Origin: Thermoplasmata archaeon
Lineage (GTDB): Archaea > Thermoplasmatota > Thermoplasmata > Thermoplasmatales > GCA-001856825
Direction of reading: 5' to 3'
DNA length: 64,000 bases
NCBI GenBank assembly: GCA_021792255.1
Contig: JAJYUZ010000003.1
Span: 224,001-288,000 of the forward strand
Position numbers and translations under genes: made by a program. This document shows positions 51,055-60,245 of the stretch, piece after piece; within the stretch, counting starts at the first letter, position 1; each line of letters opens with the position of its first letter. The notes under the pieces are model-generated. The model was not told the origin of the DNA and ran no database searches. It saw only the letters and a list, made by a program, of their open reading frames with translations.

Positions 51055-51432
51055 TTGGATTTAAACCATGAAATCGAGATGACGGTTATTAAAAGGGAAG
51101 AGCTGGTCACTGCCCTGAACGTCATATTCAAACCGTCAGGAATGAACCAAAAGGAAATTGAGGAACTGGCAGACTATGTACTTAGTTTCTTTGGATTTGA
51201 AGACACGCTGGTGGACAACATACTGTCACAGCAAGACAGGGATGTATTCTATACGTTAGAAGAGACGGGCATTCTATCGACCAGCAGCGAAGATATTACC
51301 CTCATGAAGGGGAAGACCTGGAGAATTCACTACTGGCACATCAACGATTTGAAGATCAAGAACATCCTCAGCACGAGAAAAGAGGGTGAAGAGAATATCT
51401 ACGACAAGATTTTCAGAGAAGAGCTCAAGTAA
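51055..51432 (+). CDS. conserved winged-helix-like hypothetical (DUF6015-like)
   Basis: FFGFE...DRDVFYTLEETGIL...WRIHYW; family name recalled, not searched. Confidence 0.65.
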   Translation: MDLNHEIEMTVIKREELVTALNVIFKPSGMNQKEIEELADYVLSFFGFEDTLVDNILSQQDRDVFYTLEETGILSTSSEDITLMKGKTWRIHYWHINDLKIKNILSTRKEGEENIYDKIFREELK

Positions 51433-51530
51433 GGAGCGCGTGTAAACCGGCAATCAAGTAGAGATTGTGTTCAGGAGAGACTCTTGCCGTTTGCTCAAGC
51501 TATTTATACGGATTTTCCCTTCTCAGATTA

Positions 51531-52880
51531 ATGGAAAACGAAGTACTCAACCTTCTTAGGAAAGGAAGGACAATGGTGCTCTCGACATATGGGGAGAGCC
51601 CCTGGTCTGCTAAGGTTTTCTATGCGCTCGAAGGTGGTCTTGTTTTCCTAGTGGAAAAGGGCAGCTTGACTCTCAGAAACATTCAGAAGAATGATAACAC
51701 TGTATTCACCATCGACTTTGATACTCCGGATGTCTTCGTCCAAGGGACGGGGAGAGTCACGATTATGGGCGAGCCCAAAGATTTCCATACGGAAAGGGGC
51801 ACTCTTCTTTACAAGGTCCCTGAAGATACTCTTTTCGTCAAGTCAGGACACGTCCTTTTGGCGAAACTTTCTCCCGACAATATCAGGTTTAGCGATTTCA
51901 GGGCACAGCCAAAAAAGACCGATGTGAAGTTCAAGCCTGAGGAATTCATTGAAAGGAAAACGTTCCGATACTGGAGAGCTCTTCGACCGTGGTCCTTCCA
52001 GCAGAGCGTGACCTCCCTCATATTTGGCGCGCTGCTAGCGTTTCAAGTCAGTTTTTCGTATCCCATCAATCTCTATCTTCTCGTACTCTCGGTTATCGCT
52101 TTAGTAATGGTACACGGAGCGTTCAACGCTTACAGCGACTATTTCGACTTTACACTAAAGACCGATAAACCTGAAGGAATGGGTTCTGCCGGAGCGAGGG
52201 TGCTGATAGATCGTTTAATCCCTACAAACAGATTCCTCTCCTTTACTACTGGAATCCTTGTTATAGGACTGGCACTTGGAATTTACCTAGTAGTCCTAAG
52301 ACCACAGATTCTTCCCTATGTAATAATCGGTGCGGTCGCTGGCCTGCTTTATGGCCTCCCCAAGTTCGGATGGAAGAGAATTGCGCTCGGGGACCTAGCC
52401 GTTTTCTTAGCCTTTGGGCCAGGAATATTCCTGGGATCCCTTGTTCTTCAAGGTGGTCAGGTGGGTATTCCCCAGCTTCTCATTTCTTTCTCCCTGGGGA
52501 TGATAATAGTTGCGATTCTTCATGGAAACAACTGGAGGGACATCAATGATGACAAGGAAGCGGGGATCAAAACCGTCGCTCTCTACCTTGGCGACAAGGG
52601 GTCCCTGATCTATTACGTCACTCTAATCTGGGTTTCCTACCCCTTGTTTGTTGTATCGGTAGTCCTTGAGCCAAGATTGTTCCCGATATTGGGTGCTCTT
52701 CTGACCATACCGTGGGCGATAAGGCTCACAAAAATAGCCAGAAACTCCAAGAACATGAAGAGAAACCTTCTGGACATGCTGACAGCGGGCTTCACTTCCC
52801 TCCACATTTACTTCTCTGTCGTATTCCTCACTGCATTCCTTGCAATCGTTTACTACTTCCCTTCGTTCCACTTGCCGTAG
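51531..52880 (+). CDS. fusion of a pyridoxamine-phosphate-oxidase-like domain and a MenA/UbiA prenyltransferase
   Basis: N-term MVLST..PWSAKVFY..VQGTG; C-term LRPWSF, NAYSDYFD and NNWRDINDDKEAGIKT. Confidence 0.8.
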   Translation: MENEVLNLLRKGRTMVLSTYGESPWSAKVFYALEGGLVFLVEKGSLTLRNIQKNDNTVFTIDFDTPDVFVQGTGRVTIMGEPKDFHTERGTLLYKVPEDTLFVKSGHVLLAKLSPDNIRFSDFRAQPKKTDVKFKPEEFIERKTFRYWRALRPWSFQQSVTSLIFGALLAFQVSFSYPINLYLLVLSVIALVMVHGAFNAYSDYFDFTLKTDKPEGMGSAGARVLIDRLIPTNRFLSFTTGILVIGLALGIYLVVLRPQILPYVIIGAVAGLLYGLPKFGWKRIALGDLAVFLAFGPGIFLGSLVLQGGQVGIPQLLISFSLGMIIVAILHGNNWRDINDDKEAGIKTVALYLGDKGSLIYYVTLIWVSYPLFVVSVVLEPRLFPILGALLTIPWAIRLTKIARNSKNMKRNLLDMLTAGFTSLHIYFSVVFLTAFLAIVYYFPSFHLP

Positions 52881-52899
52881 TGCAGATTAAGGAAGGTGT

Positions 52900-53523
52900 T
52901 TAACTCTTTTTGGACTTTTGAACCAGAACTTCGGCGACCAAGTTGCTCAGCAGTTCTCTCATGAACTTGATTGCGTTCTCATCTGCGAACTCTCCTTTTT
53001 CGTTTATCTTCTTGTCTACGAAGTTGATTATCACTTCTGGTCTGTTTATGATCCTCGAATCCAAAAAAACGAATGACTGTCTAAGGTGATATTGTGCTCT
53101 GGATCCTCCCATCATACCGGTAGAGGAACTCATTATGGCCCCTATCTTCGTTGCAAACACGTTGTTCGGTACCGATGCCCAATCTATTACATTCTTCAAG
53201 AAGCCCGGCACTGAATAATTGTACTCCGGGGTAACAATTAGAAAACCATCCGACTCGAGGACGAGTTTCTTGAACTCGATTACCGATTTGTCCGGTTCTT
53301 TAACGTAATCCGAGTTGAATACTGGGATCGTGGAGATATCTGCGATTCGAAGGCTTGATCCACCAGGCATGAGGTCAGCTGCCTTCTCAAGTACCTTACG
53401 ACTGAACGATCCTTTTCTGAGGCTGCCTCCTATTCCGACGATCACTACTTCGTTTTCTGCGTTCATGTTAAAGAATTCAGAATTCATTATTAAATTTCTC
53501 CCATCTAGAGTTACAAATTTCAA
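52900..53523 (-). CDS. NADPH-dependent FMN reductase (ChrR-like); real start probably further downstream
   Basis: GSLRKGSFS, TPEYNYSVPGFLKN, GGSRAQYHLR. Confidence 0.92.
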   Translation of the reverse strand: MKFVTLDGRNLIMNSEFFNMNAENEVVIVGIGGSLRKGSFSRKVLEKAADLMPGGSSLRIADISTIPVFNSDYVKEPDKSVIEFKKLVLESDGFLIVTPEYNYSVPGFLKNVIDWASVPNNVFATKIGAIMSSSTGMMGGSRAQYHLRQSFVFLDSRIINRPEVIINFVDKKINEKGEFADENAIKFMRELLSNLVAEVLVQKSKKS

Positions 53524-53603
53524 AACACCTTCATCTGGAATGTCGCTCCTCTCGGTGATTCTTATTTGTCGCTTTTTTCCAAGCCAAAGTAATTAATTAA
53601 AGA

Positions 53604-54425
53604 TTGTTTGTGACAATTATGGAAGATGACTTCCCAAAAATCGATTATAGGGAAATTGGATCGACGGGAGAGAGAGTATCAATAATGGGGCTCGGGACAT
53701 ATGGCATAAGCAACTATGAAAAAGCTCAGGAGGCTTTTGTCTATGCAATCGAGAGAGGTGTGAATCTAATTGATACTGCTGAGATCTATAACACGGAGGA
53801 TTTTGTGGGAGAAGTAATAAAGAGAGTCGGAAGGGATAGGCTGTTCATAACGACAAAGGTGTCGCCAAAGAATCTGGTTTCTAAAGAGAGTACGCTCAGC
53901 GCTGCTAAGGGTTCCCTGAAAAGACTTGGAATAAAGGAAGTCGATCTGATTCTCATTCATTGGCCCAACGATAGCATGAGTATAAGTGACCAGGTCAAGA
54001 ATATTGAATCCGTGCTTACAGAGGGCCTGACTCGACATATAGGTGTGAGCAATTTCTCGGTCGAACAGATGGAAGAAGCAAGACATTCGACGAGGTCAGC
54101 AGAAATTGTCTGCAATCAGGTAAAATACAATATATCTGAGAAGGAAATCGAGAAGGACGTTCTTCCATATTGCGAGAAGAATCATATGACCGTTGTGGCT
54201 TACACCCCAATAAACAAGGGCAAGTTATCGAAAACTGGACAGGTAAAGGAGATAAGTAGGAAATCAGGAAAGACATCAATTCAAATAGCCTTGAATTTTC
54301 TGATGAGTCGATCAAACGTCATTCCGATACCGAAAACCGAAAGTCTGGATCACATGAAGGAAATAATTGGATCAATGGGATGGAAACTGACTCAAGAGGA
54401 AAGAAACGTTATCGAAGGAACATAG
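53604..54425 (+). CDS. aldo/keto reductase
   Basis: GLGTY, DTAEIY, LIHWP, IGVSNF, IPIPKT. Confidence 0.92.
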   Translation: MFVTIMEDDFPKIDYREIGSTGERVSIMGLGTYGISNYEKAQEAFVYAIERGVNLIDTAEIYNTEDFVGEVIKRVGRDRLFITTKVSPKNLVSKESTLSAAKGSLKRLGIKEVDLILIHWPNDSMSISDQVKNIESVLTEGLTRHIGVSNFSVEQMEEARHSTRSAEIVCNQVKYNISEKEIEKDVLPYCEKNHMTVVAYTPINKGKLSKTGQVKEISRKSGKTSIQIALNFLMSRSNVIPIPKTESLDHMKEIIGSMGWKLTQEERNVIEGT

Positions 54426-54798
54426 CTGGAAATGACCGATCTACTGACAAATTCACACATTTTCACAGATTGCTTTCCATCAGGGACTTCATTGTATTGT
54501 CGGTGTAACTTGGGTCGGTAGAGAAAGTCTGATGCAATTATCTTACTCCGTTTAAAATAGTGTGAAGTACACCTCGCTGCGCACTTTAATTTTCAGCGTT
54601 TCAATAGTAAGGATTAGCTAAACTTCGTGAAGTCAAAGTAGCCCCTGACACCAACAGTGGAAGAATGATAAAGCAAAGAAGAAGAGTGTTTTAGAAACAT
54701 TGTAGAATTTTTAGATTTTGCTTTTGACCAGTTGCAATGACAGGTGGAGATTGTTCATAATTGTGGATGACTTCCCCATGATTTACCGCATCTTCATT

Positions 54799-55086
54799 TT
54801 ACTGTGAGATGAACAGGTAGAGAAGCAGGAATGCAACGAGGGATACTGCATTAATGCCGAGAAGTGGCAGTGCAACCCCTGAACCGTACCTGTATGAGAA
54901 TCCCACGCTGACGGAAACTACTAGCAAGGAGTATAGAAGCATGAGGGCAGAGAATAAAAAGAGCGTTCTGGTCACCCGAGCACGTGTTCTCCTATAAGTC
55001 CCGTGAGTCATCGCCACTATTAGCGCAAATAGCACAATCTCTGCCGCCCCTATGACTATATTCCCTATCCAGTAAACTCCTATCAC
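54799..55086 (-). CDS. small 3-TM membrane protein
   Basis: Three hydrophobic segments; abuts the ArsR gene. Confidence 0.65.
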   Translation of the reverse strand: MIGVYWIGNIVIGAAEIVLFALIVAMTHGTYRRTRARVTRTLFLFSALMLLYSLLVVSVSVGFSYRYGSGVALPLLGINAVSLVAFLLLYLFISQ

Positions 55087-55419
55087 CTAAATGCCCCCTA
55101 TACTCTGTAGCGCACGAAAGGAAGCTTCGATGTACTCTTTCATTCCTTCAATTATGTAGAAGAGGGAGTTATACCTCCTGAAATCACCTTCAACAACATT
55201 ATTCTTTATTAGTACTGAAAGGTGGTGTTCTACCGTCCTGTAGTTAACGTTGAGCACGTTGCTCAGCTCGTTCTTATTCATGGGTCTTTCTCTAAGCATC
55301 AACACTATCCTGCTCCTCAATGCGCCACCCCTGGAGTAGAGGAAAAGATAATAGAAGAGTCTCCTGATCTCCTTGTCATCGATACTGAAATCGATATTAG
55401 ATCCTCCAGGGAATCGCAT
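55087..55419 (-). CDS. ArsR-like winged-helix regulator
   Basis: SRGGALRSRI...ERPMNKNELS...YRTVEHHLSVL. Confidence 0.85.
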   Translation of the reverse strand: MRFPGGSNIDFSIDDKEIRRLFYYLFLYSRGGALRSRIVLMLRERPMNKNELSNVLNVNYRTVEHHLSVLIKNNVVEGDFRRYNSLFYIIEGMKEYIEASFRALQSIGGI

Positions 55420-55471
55420 CGCATCACTCGCATGTTGAACTCCTTTATTAATATAAATTAGAAAAAAAAGT

Positions 55472-56977
55472 TTAAGAAAATGTACCTACCTGAGACAGCG
55501 GGCCGCTTTGTACGTTATCGAAGATCTCTGAGGCTATATAGAAGTTCCCTCCAATCATGACGAAGTGTATTGTATAGACAACGTCAATGTAAGAGAACTG
55601 TGAGAGGTTTGACGAACTCTGGACGACGAACTGGATGTCTGCAGTGACTGTCCCGCCTGTTATTACTCCTCCTGAGGAAGTTGCATTGAGTATTGGTGGC
55701 GCCTCGGAATAGAACCATACAGCATTCCATATTGAGAAGAACTTACTCCAGACGCTTCCTATATCGCTTGAATTTGTGTAGTTTCCTGAAAGTTTCCCCC
55801 CAATCCATTGAAGAGTTGAGTTGTTCAGATATTGGCTCATCGTAAGGGAAGCGTTCTCTATTGCTATGTCGTTCCAGTGTGCAAAGGCAGCATTGCCTAT
55901 TGCGTCGGACTGCAATGCCTCATAGCTCTTCGATGTGTAGGATATTGTGGAGGCAGATATTATACGCCACGTCTCCTTGACTATTTGAGGAGACCCGTTG
56001 ACAGTGTATTCAAGGGAATAGTTTGTAATTATATCGTTCACCTGTAGTGGAGTGGAATACGAAGTCAATACCCACTGCACTGTTGCGTTTACATAGTAGT
56101 TACTGCCCGATATTGATAACGAAGGTGGGGCCTCTGAATAGTACCAGACTGCCTGCCATAGATGTGAGAACTTCCCCCATACTGTGGGTATCTGGCTATA
56201 GTTGTACGTTCCCGAGAGGGGACCTCCTATCCATAACAGTGAGGCTCCGGAATAATACTGTTGCATTATGAGTGACACGTTCTCGATCGCAATGCTGTTC
56301 CAGTGTGAAAAGGAGTATCCCATCACGGCTTCCCTCTCGAGAGAAGTTACCTGTGAGGTCGGATAAGAGACTGTTCCGGATGCGACGATCTGCCACACTT
56401 CGTGAGAAATGTACCACGTTCCCCCGGTACTCTGATACTCAAGAGCATAGGAGATGTTCAAGAATTGCACCTGCAAGGGAGTTTTTACTGCAGTCAATAG
56501 GAACTGAACCTGTGCGCTGACGATGGACGTATTTCCTGATAAGGAGACGGTTGGAGGGGTTGGAGTATAGAACCAGACTGCTCCCCATATTCCGAAGAAT
56601 TTCGTCCAGACTAAGTCAATTGAGTTTATGCCACTGTAGTTTCCAGACAAAGGGCCTCCTATCCAAGTGAGTGTTGCGTTGTTCATGTATTGCCCATTCA
56701 TAAGCGAGACATTCTCTATCGAGATGGAGTCCCAGTGAGAGTAAGCATTTTCGAGGACAGATAGAGAAGTGGAATTGTTAACTTCCTGGCTCAGAGTTTT
56801 GCTATTTTTTGTGTATACGCTGAGTTCTTCGTTCAGCTGCGTTAAGTTTCTCTGTTCACCGCTAACCTTGTTTGTAAGTGTTGTGACTTTTGAGTTTGTC
56901 GAAGCATAGCCATACGCAAATCCTGCTGCGAGGACTACCAGTATCACTACTATTGCGATTGTCAAAGCCTTGTTCAT
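55472..56977 (-). CDS. membrane-anchored secreted protein with three tandem NTF2/SnoaL-like repeats
   Basis: N-terminal TM and coiled coil; 3x HWxxIxIENxSL...QY...LxWIGGxLSGxY...WxKF...WxAVWxY. Confidence 0.75.
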   Translation of the reverse strand: MNKALTIAIVVILVVLAAGFAYGYASTNSKVTTLTNKVSGEQRNLTQLNEELSVYTKNSKTLSQEVNNSTSLSVLENAYSHWDSISIENVSLMNGQYMNNATLTWIGGPLSGNYSGINSIDLVWTKFFGIWGAVWFYTPTPPTVSLSGNTSIVSAQVQFLLTAVKTPLQVQFLNISYALEYQSTGGTWYISHEVWQIVASGTVSYPTSQVTSLEREAVMGYSFSHWNSIAIENVSLIMQQYYSGASLLWIGGPLSGTYNYSQIPTVWGKFSHLWQAVWYYSEAPPSLSISGSNYYVNATVQWVLTSYSTPLQVNDIITNYSLEYTVNGSPQIVKETWRIISASTISYTSKSYEALQSDAIGNAAFAHWNDIAIENASLTMSQYLNNSTLQWIGGKLSGNYTNSSDIGSVWSKFFSIWNAVWFYSEAPPILNATSSGGVITGGTVTADIQFVVQSSSNLSQFSYIDVVYTIHFVMIGGNFYIASEIFDNVQSGPLSQVGTFS

Positions 56978-57586
56978 GACTGTTTATCACAGCTTATGGC
57001 AAGAGTATTTTTCAAGATTATATGCAAATTGCATGCAATTTGGGTACTGTATAGACCCGGTCACAATATATTCCTCAACCGTCATAGTTTCCTTTTACAG
57101 GGGCGCTGACTTTGGTTCACTATTAAGTGGAAGAGCTTCAATGTAAATCAAATAGGGAGGAGAAATTCGAATTTAAATGTCTGAGTGGGTATGGGAAACG
57201 ATAGGAGTGGAGATACATTTCTCTAGGCTTACGAAGGTAATTGAGGGAATCATAACAAAGTAGAAGAGGTGCTGAATACAGAAAACTTTGATGAGAAGAT
57301 ATGACCGTATTCCTCGTGGGGAATAATACAGTTGTAAACTGACCTGTTCAACGAATTAAATCACTTGTCACTCCTGCAGCCTACTGAAGCTTTGTATACC
57401 GCAATATCGATGACTAGTGGAGTTTGTACTGTTATATACGAGATTTCTACCTTGACGAGAAAAAATTGGCTGTATAAGTACTCTGATGTAGAATTTCATC
57501 AAATATCATGGGAGCCATCACAGATTTCCTAGTACCCTCCACAGATTCCTAGATACTTTATCTACTTGCCAAAGCCCTATATAGAA

Positions 57587-57771
57587 TCAGGACATCCACT
57601 GACTTGGAGAGTGAAGGGGGCATGTCTGATGAACCGCCTAATTGGCTTTTTCCGGTTTCAATATCCATACTCTCATCTTGGAACATTCCAAGCGAAAACA
57701 CTGCCGAGATGCTACAATGGTCTCGGGAATTTCACTGATTCACCGTGTTCAGATGATAGGAGTGACGATTA
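57587..57771 (+). promoter_or_regulatory. structured 5' leader, candidate riboswitch
   Basis: TATA-like TTTATCTA at 57557-57564; multiple stems; mutually exclusive pairings that include the SD. Confidence 0.55.
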
Positions 57772-59172
57772 GTGTCTTCCTGGAAAAAGCATGTCTCAGT
57801 ACAACTTGGCCATGAAATGGAGGAGAAGATTAATTCCCTTCCTGCGGAAATTAGACTGAGAGCAGAGGACAGAATCCATATCAATCTGCACCGTCAAAGT
57901 CCTACGCTCATTTCCAGAATCGAGCTGTTCCTCATGCTCATCGGTCCTGGCATACTCGTTATGGTCGCAGACAATGATGCAGGGGGTGTGATCACTTATG
58001 CGCAAACTGGCTCTATATTTGGCTTAGGCTTCTTTATTCCCTTCATGGTGCTCATGCTCCCCGTTGCATTTTTCGTGCAGGAGATGACGGTAAGACTCGG
58101 AGCAGTGACGCACAGGGGTCACGCCGAAATGATATGGAAAAGGTACGGCAAATTCTGGGGTTCCTTCTCGCTGGGAGACTTAATCATAGCAAACTTTCTC
58201 ACGTTCATAACGGAATTCATCGGTATAACTATCGGTATGTCAGTGTTCGGCATTCCCCGTTTCGTCTCAGTTATAGTATTCGTATCGCTCGTTATAGCAA
58301 TACAACTCTTTCTCCGCTACTATACGTGGGAGAGAGTCTCACTCGTCATCGCAGCCTTCAATCTTGTCTTCATTCCCCTGCTGTTCTTTCTCCCTCATCC
58401 ATCCGTCAAGGACATTTTGGACAGTTTTGCAACATGGAGGATTAGCGGAGGGGTAAGCTCCCTTTTCATATACGTCCTTCTTGCAAATTTGGGTACTACT
58501 ATTGCACCCTGGATGCTTTTCTTCCAGCAGTCCGCCGTGGTTGACAAGGGCTTAACCAAGAAGGATATAAAGTTTGGACAGAGAGATACCCTCATCGGTT
58601 CAACTATCATGGTTGTTGTAGCAATCGCAATAATAATTCTCACAGGTACTACTGTCTATGGTTCAGATGCAAATGGAAGCTTGGGAATAACCGGCATCCT
58701 TCAGTTATTCGCCAAAAGAGTAGGATCATTCCCAATGGAGCTTTTCGCCGTTGGCCTTATTGAAGCTGGGTTCATAGCTGCCATTGCCATCTCGGCTAGT
58801 ACATCATGGGCAATCAGCGAGGCATTCGGCTGGAAAAGAAGCATAAATCTTCCAGCCAAGGACGGTGTGAAATTCTATCTCCCGAGTTTTATCGCCTTAG
58901 TCATCGCAGCTTCAGTCACACTTATACCAAACGCTCCCCTGGGCTATCTTAACCTCACGGTTCAGGTGATAGCAACAATATTCATGCCCGCTGCCATGCT
59001 GTTTCTCTTACTTCTCCTGAACGACAGGGGCGTAATGGGCAATATGGTAAACAAGAGATGGCAGAATGCGATAGGATTCACGATAATAGGATTCCTGATA
59101 ACGATGAACGGGCTGTATGGCCTTTCAGTTGCTACTCCTACAATATTCAATCACCTCGCAGGGGTGCTCTGA
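57772..59172 (+). CDS. NRAMP-related divalent cation (probably Mg2+) transporter
   Basis: GPGILVMVADNDAGG in place of canonical DPGN, QEMTVRLG, GTTIAPW, 11 TM. Confidence 0.85.
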   Translation: MSSWKKHVSVQLGHEMEEKINSLPAEIRLRAEDRIHINLHRQSPTLISRIELFLMLIGPGILVMVADNDAGGVITYAQTGSIFGLGFFIPFMVLMLPVAFFVQEMTVRLGAVTHRGHAEMIWKRYGKFWGSFSLGDLIIANFLTFITEFIGITIGMSVFGIPRFVSVIVFVSLVIAIQLFLRYYTWERVSLVIAAFNLVFIPLLFFLPHPSVKDILDSFATWRISGGVSSLFIYVLLANLGTTIAPWMLFFQQSAVVDKGLTKKDIKFGQRDTLIGSTIMVVVAIAIIILTGTTVYGSDANGSLGITGILQLFAKRVGSFPMELFAVGLIEAGFIAAIAISASTSWAISEAFGWKRSINLPAKDGVKFYLPSFIALVIAASVTLIPNAPLGYLNLTVQVIATIFMPAAMLFLLLLLNDRGVMGNMVNKRWQNAIGFTIIGFLITMNGLYGLSVATPTIFNHLAGVL

Positions 59173-59187
59173 ATGGAGGCAAGTTAA

Positions 59188-59394
59188 ATGGTGACCGAAG
59201 GAAAGGAGAACGAGAGTGACTTAGAGAAGGAGCTCGAGGAGTTCCTAAAATCAGAAGAGCTGGATGAATATGACAAAATTCCAGTTGAAAGAGTGAAGCT
59301 CAGCAGAGGTGTTAAGGCAGTGTTTTGGTTTCTGAGGATATACATCGCTTTGATGGTTGTCCTTGTTGTCATAGGCTTCTCCCATGTGATATAA
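59188..59394 (+). CDS. small single-TM protein co-transcribed with the NRAMP
   Basis: SD GGAGG; acidic N-terminus, then FLRIYIALMVVLV. Confidence 0.65.
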   Translation: MVTEGKENESDLEKELEEFLKSEELDEYDKIPVERVKLSRGVKAVFWFLRIYIALMVVLVVIGFSHVI

Positions 59395-60141
59395 GTTCGA
59401 TATTGTACATAGAAGCATGACCTTGCACTTAGAAAAGTTGAATGGCTCGTTAGAGAGGGTGACGGTATAACTTGGACGAAGATAATTAAATAAAGCCTAA
59501 CTTTGATGTTCTCATTAAGTTGGAGTGACATGAGCTATAGATTTTAGCAATGTAAAAAATTCCAGATTTATTATTCTCTTCCTCGAATTGAATGTGGTGA
59601 AGAAAACTGAGGTTTCAGTTTTATGAAACTGTTATGACTATGTATGGAATAATATCTGCTTAAAATAAGTGAGGAAAAATTAAGGTTGAAAAGGGCAATG
59701 AGGAAGGAGAAGAAACGTCAGGAGACTCTTGTTAATTTATCTCGCAGTTTGCCTTAATCTGTGTTAAACAATAGATACTATGTATCAATTTAAACAGACA
59801 AGATACTGGAATGCAAATATCTAAAACCTTAACTCGCGATGATTTAGGTGATATGTTGAGGTCCAGTAATTGTATAATGTCTTCGACTCACTTGGATATT
59901 TCCAGAAACCCGGTAGTTCCGACAGAGTATCTCACCGGATATACCCTCGACAGCTGCAGCAACACATCATTAACGGATTGCTTAAAACCTTATCAGTGAG
60001 TGTGTTCTGTAGCGCTGGTACAGGAGATAAAAGTAACGACGAAATAATCCCTTATGAATCCCGGTTATTTTTAGTCCAATCCTTTTAGATTTGTATTCTA
60101 GTACTTCGCCACATCGGAAAACAATGCTTCCTCATGACAAA

Positions 60142-60214
60142 TAGCCCCGGGCAGATTCGAACTGCCGTCGTCGGATTCAAAGTCCGAAATGCTTGTCCAC
60201 TACACCACGGGGCT
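60142..60214 (-). tRNA. tRNA-Gln(TTG)
   Basis: AGCCCCGTGGTGTAGTGGACAAGCATTTCGGACTTTGAATCCGACGACGGCAGTTCGAATCTGCCCGGGGCTA forms a cloverleaf. Confidence 0.95.
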
Positions 60215-60245
60215 TCGAACACTCTATTTCAAATGAAATAAAAAT

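Noticed and set aside
57566-57772. 68-aa ORF upstream of the NRAMP as a leader peptide
   Set aside because: TTG start lies immediately after the putative TATA box, upstream of the likely TSS, with no SD; an RNA-structure explanation fits better, though a uORF is not excluded
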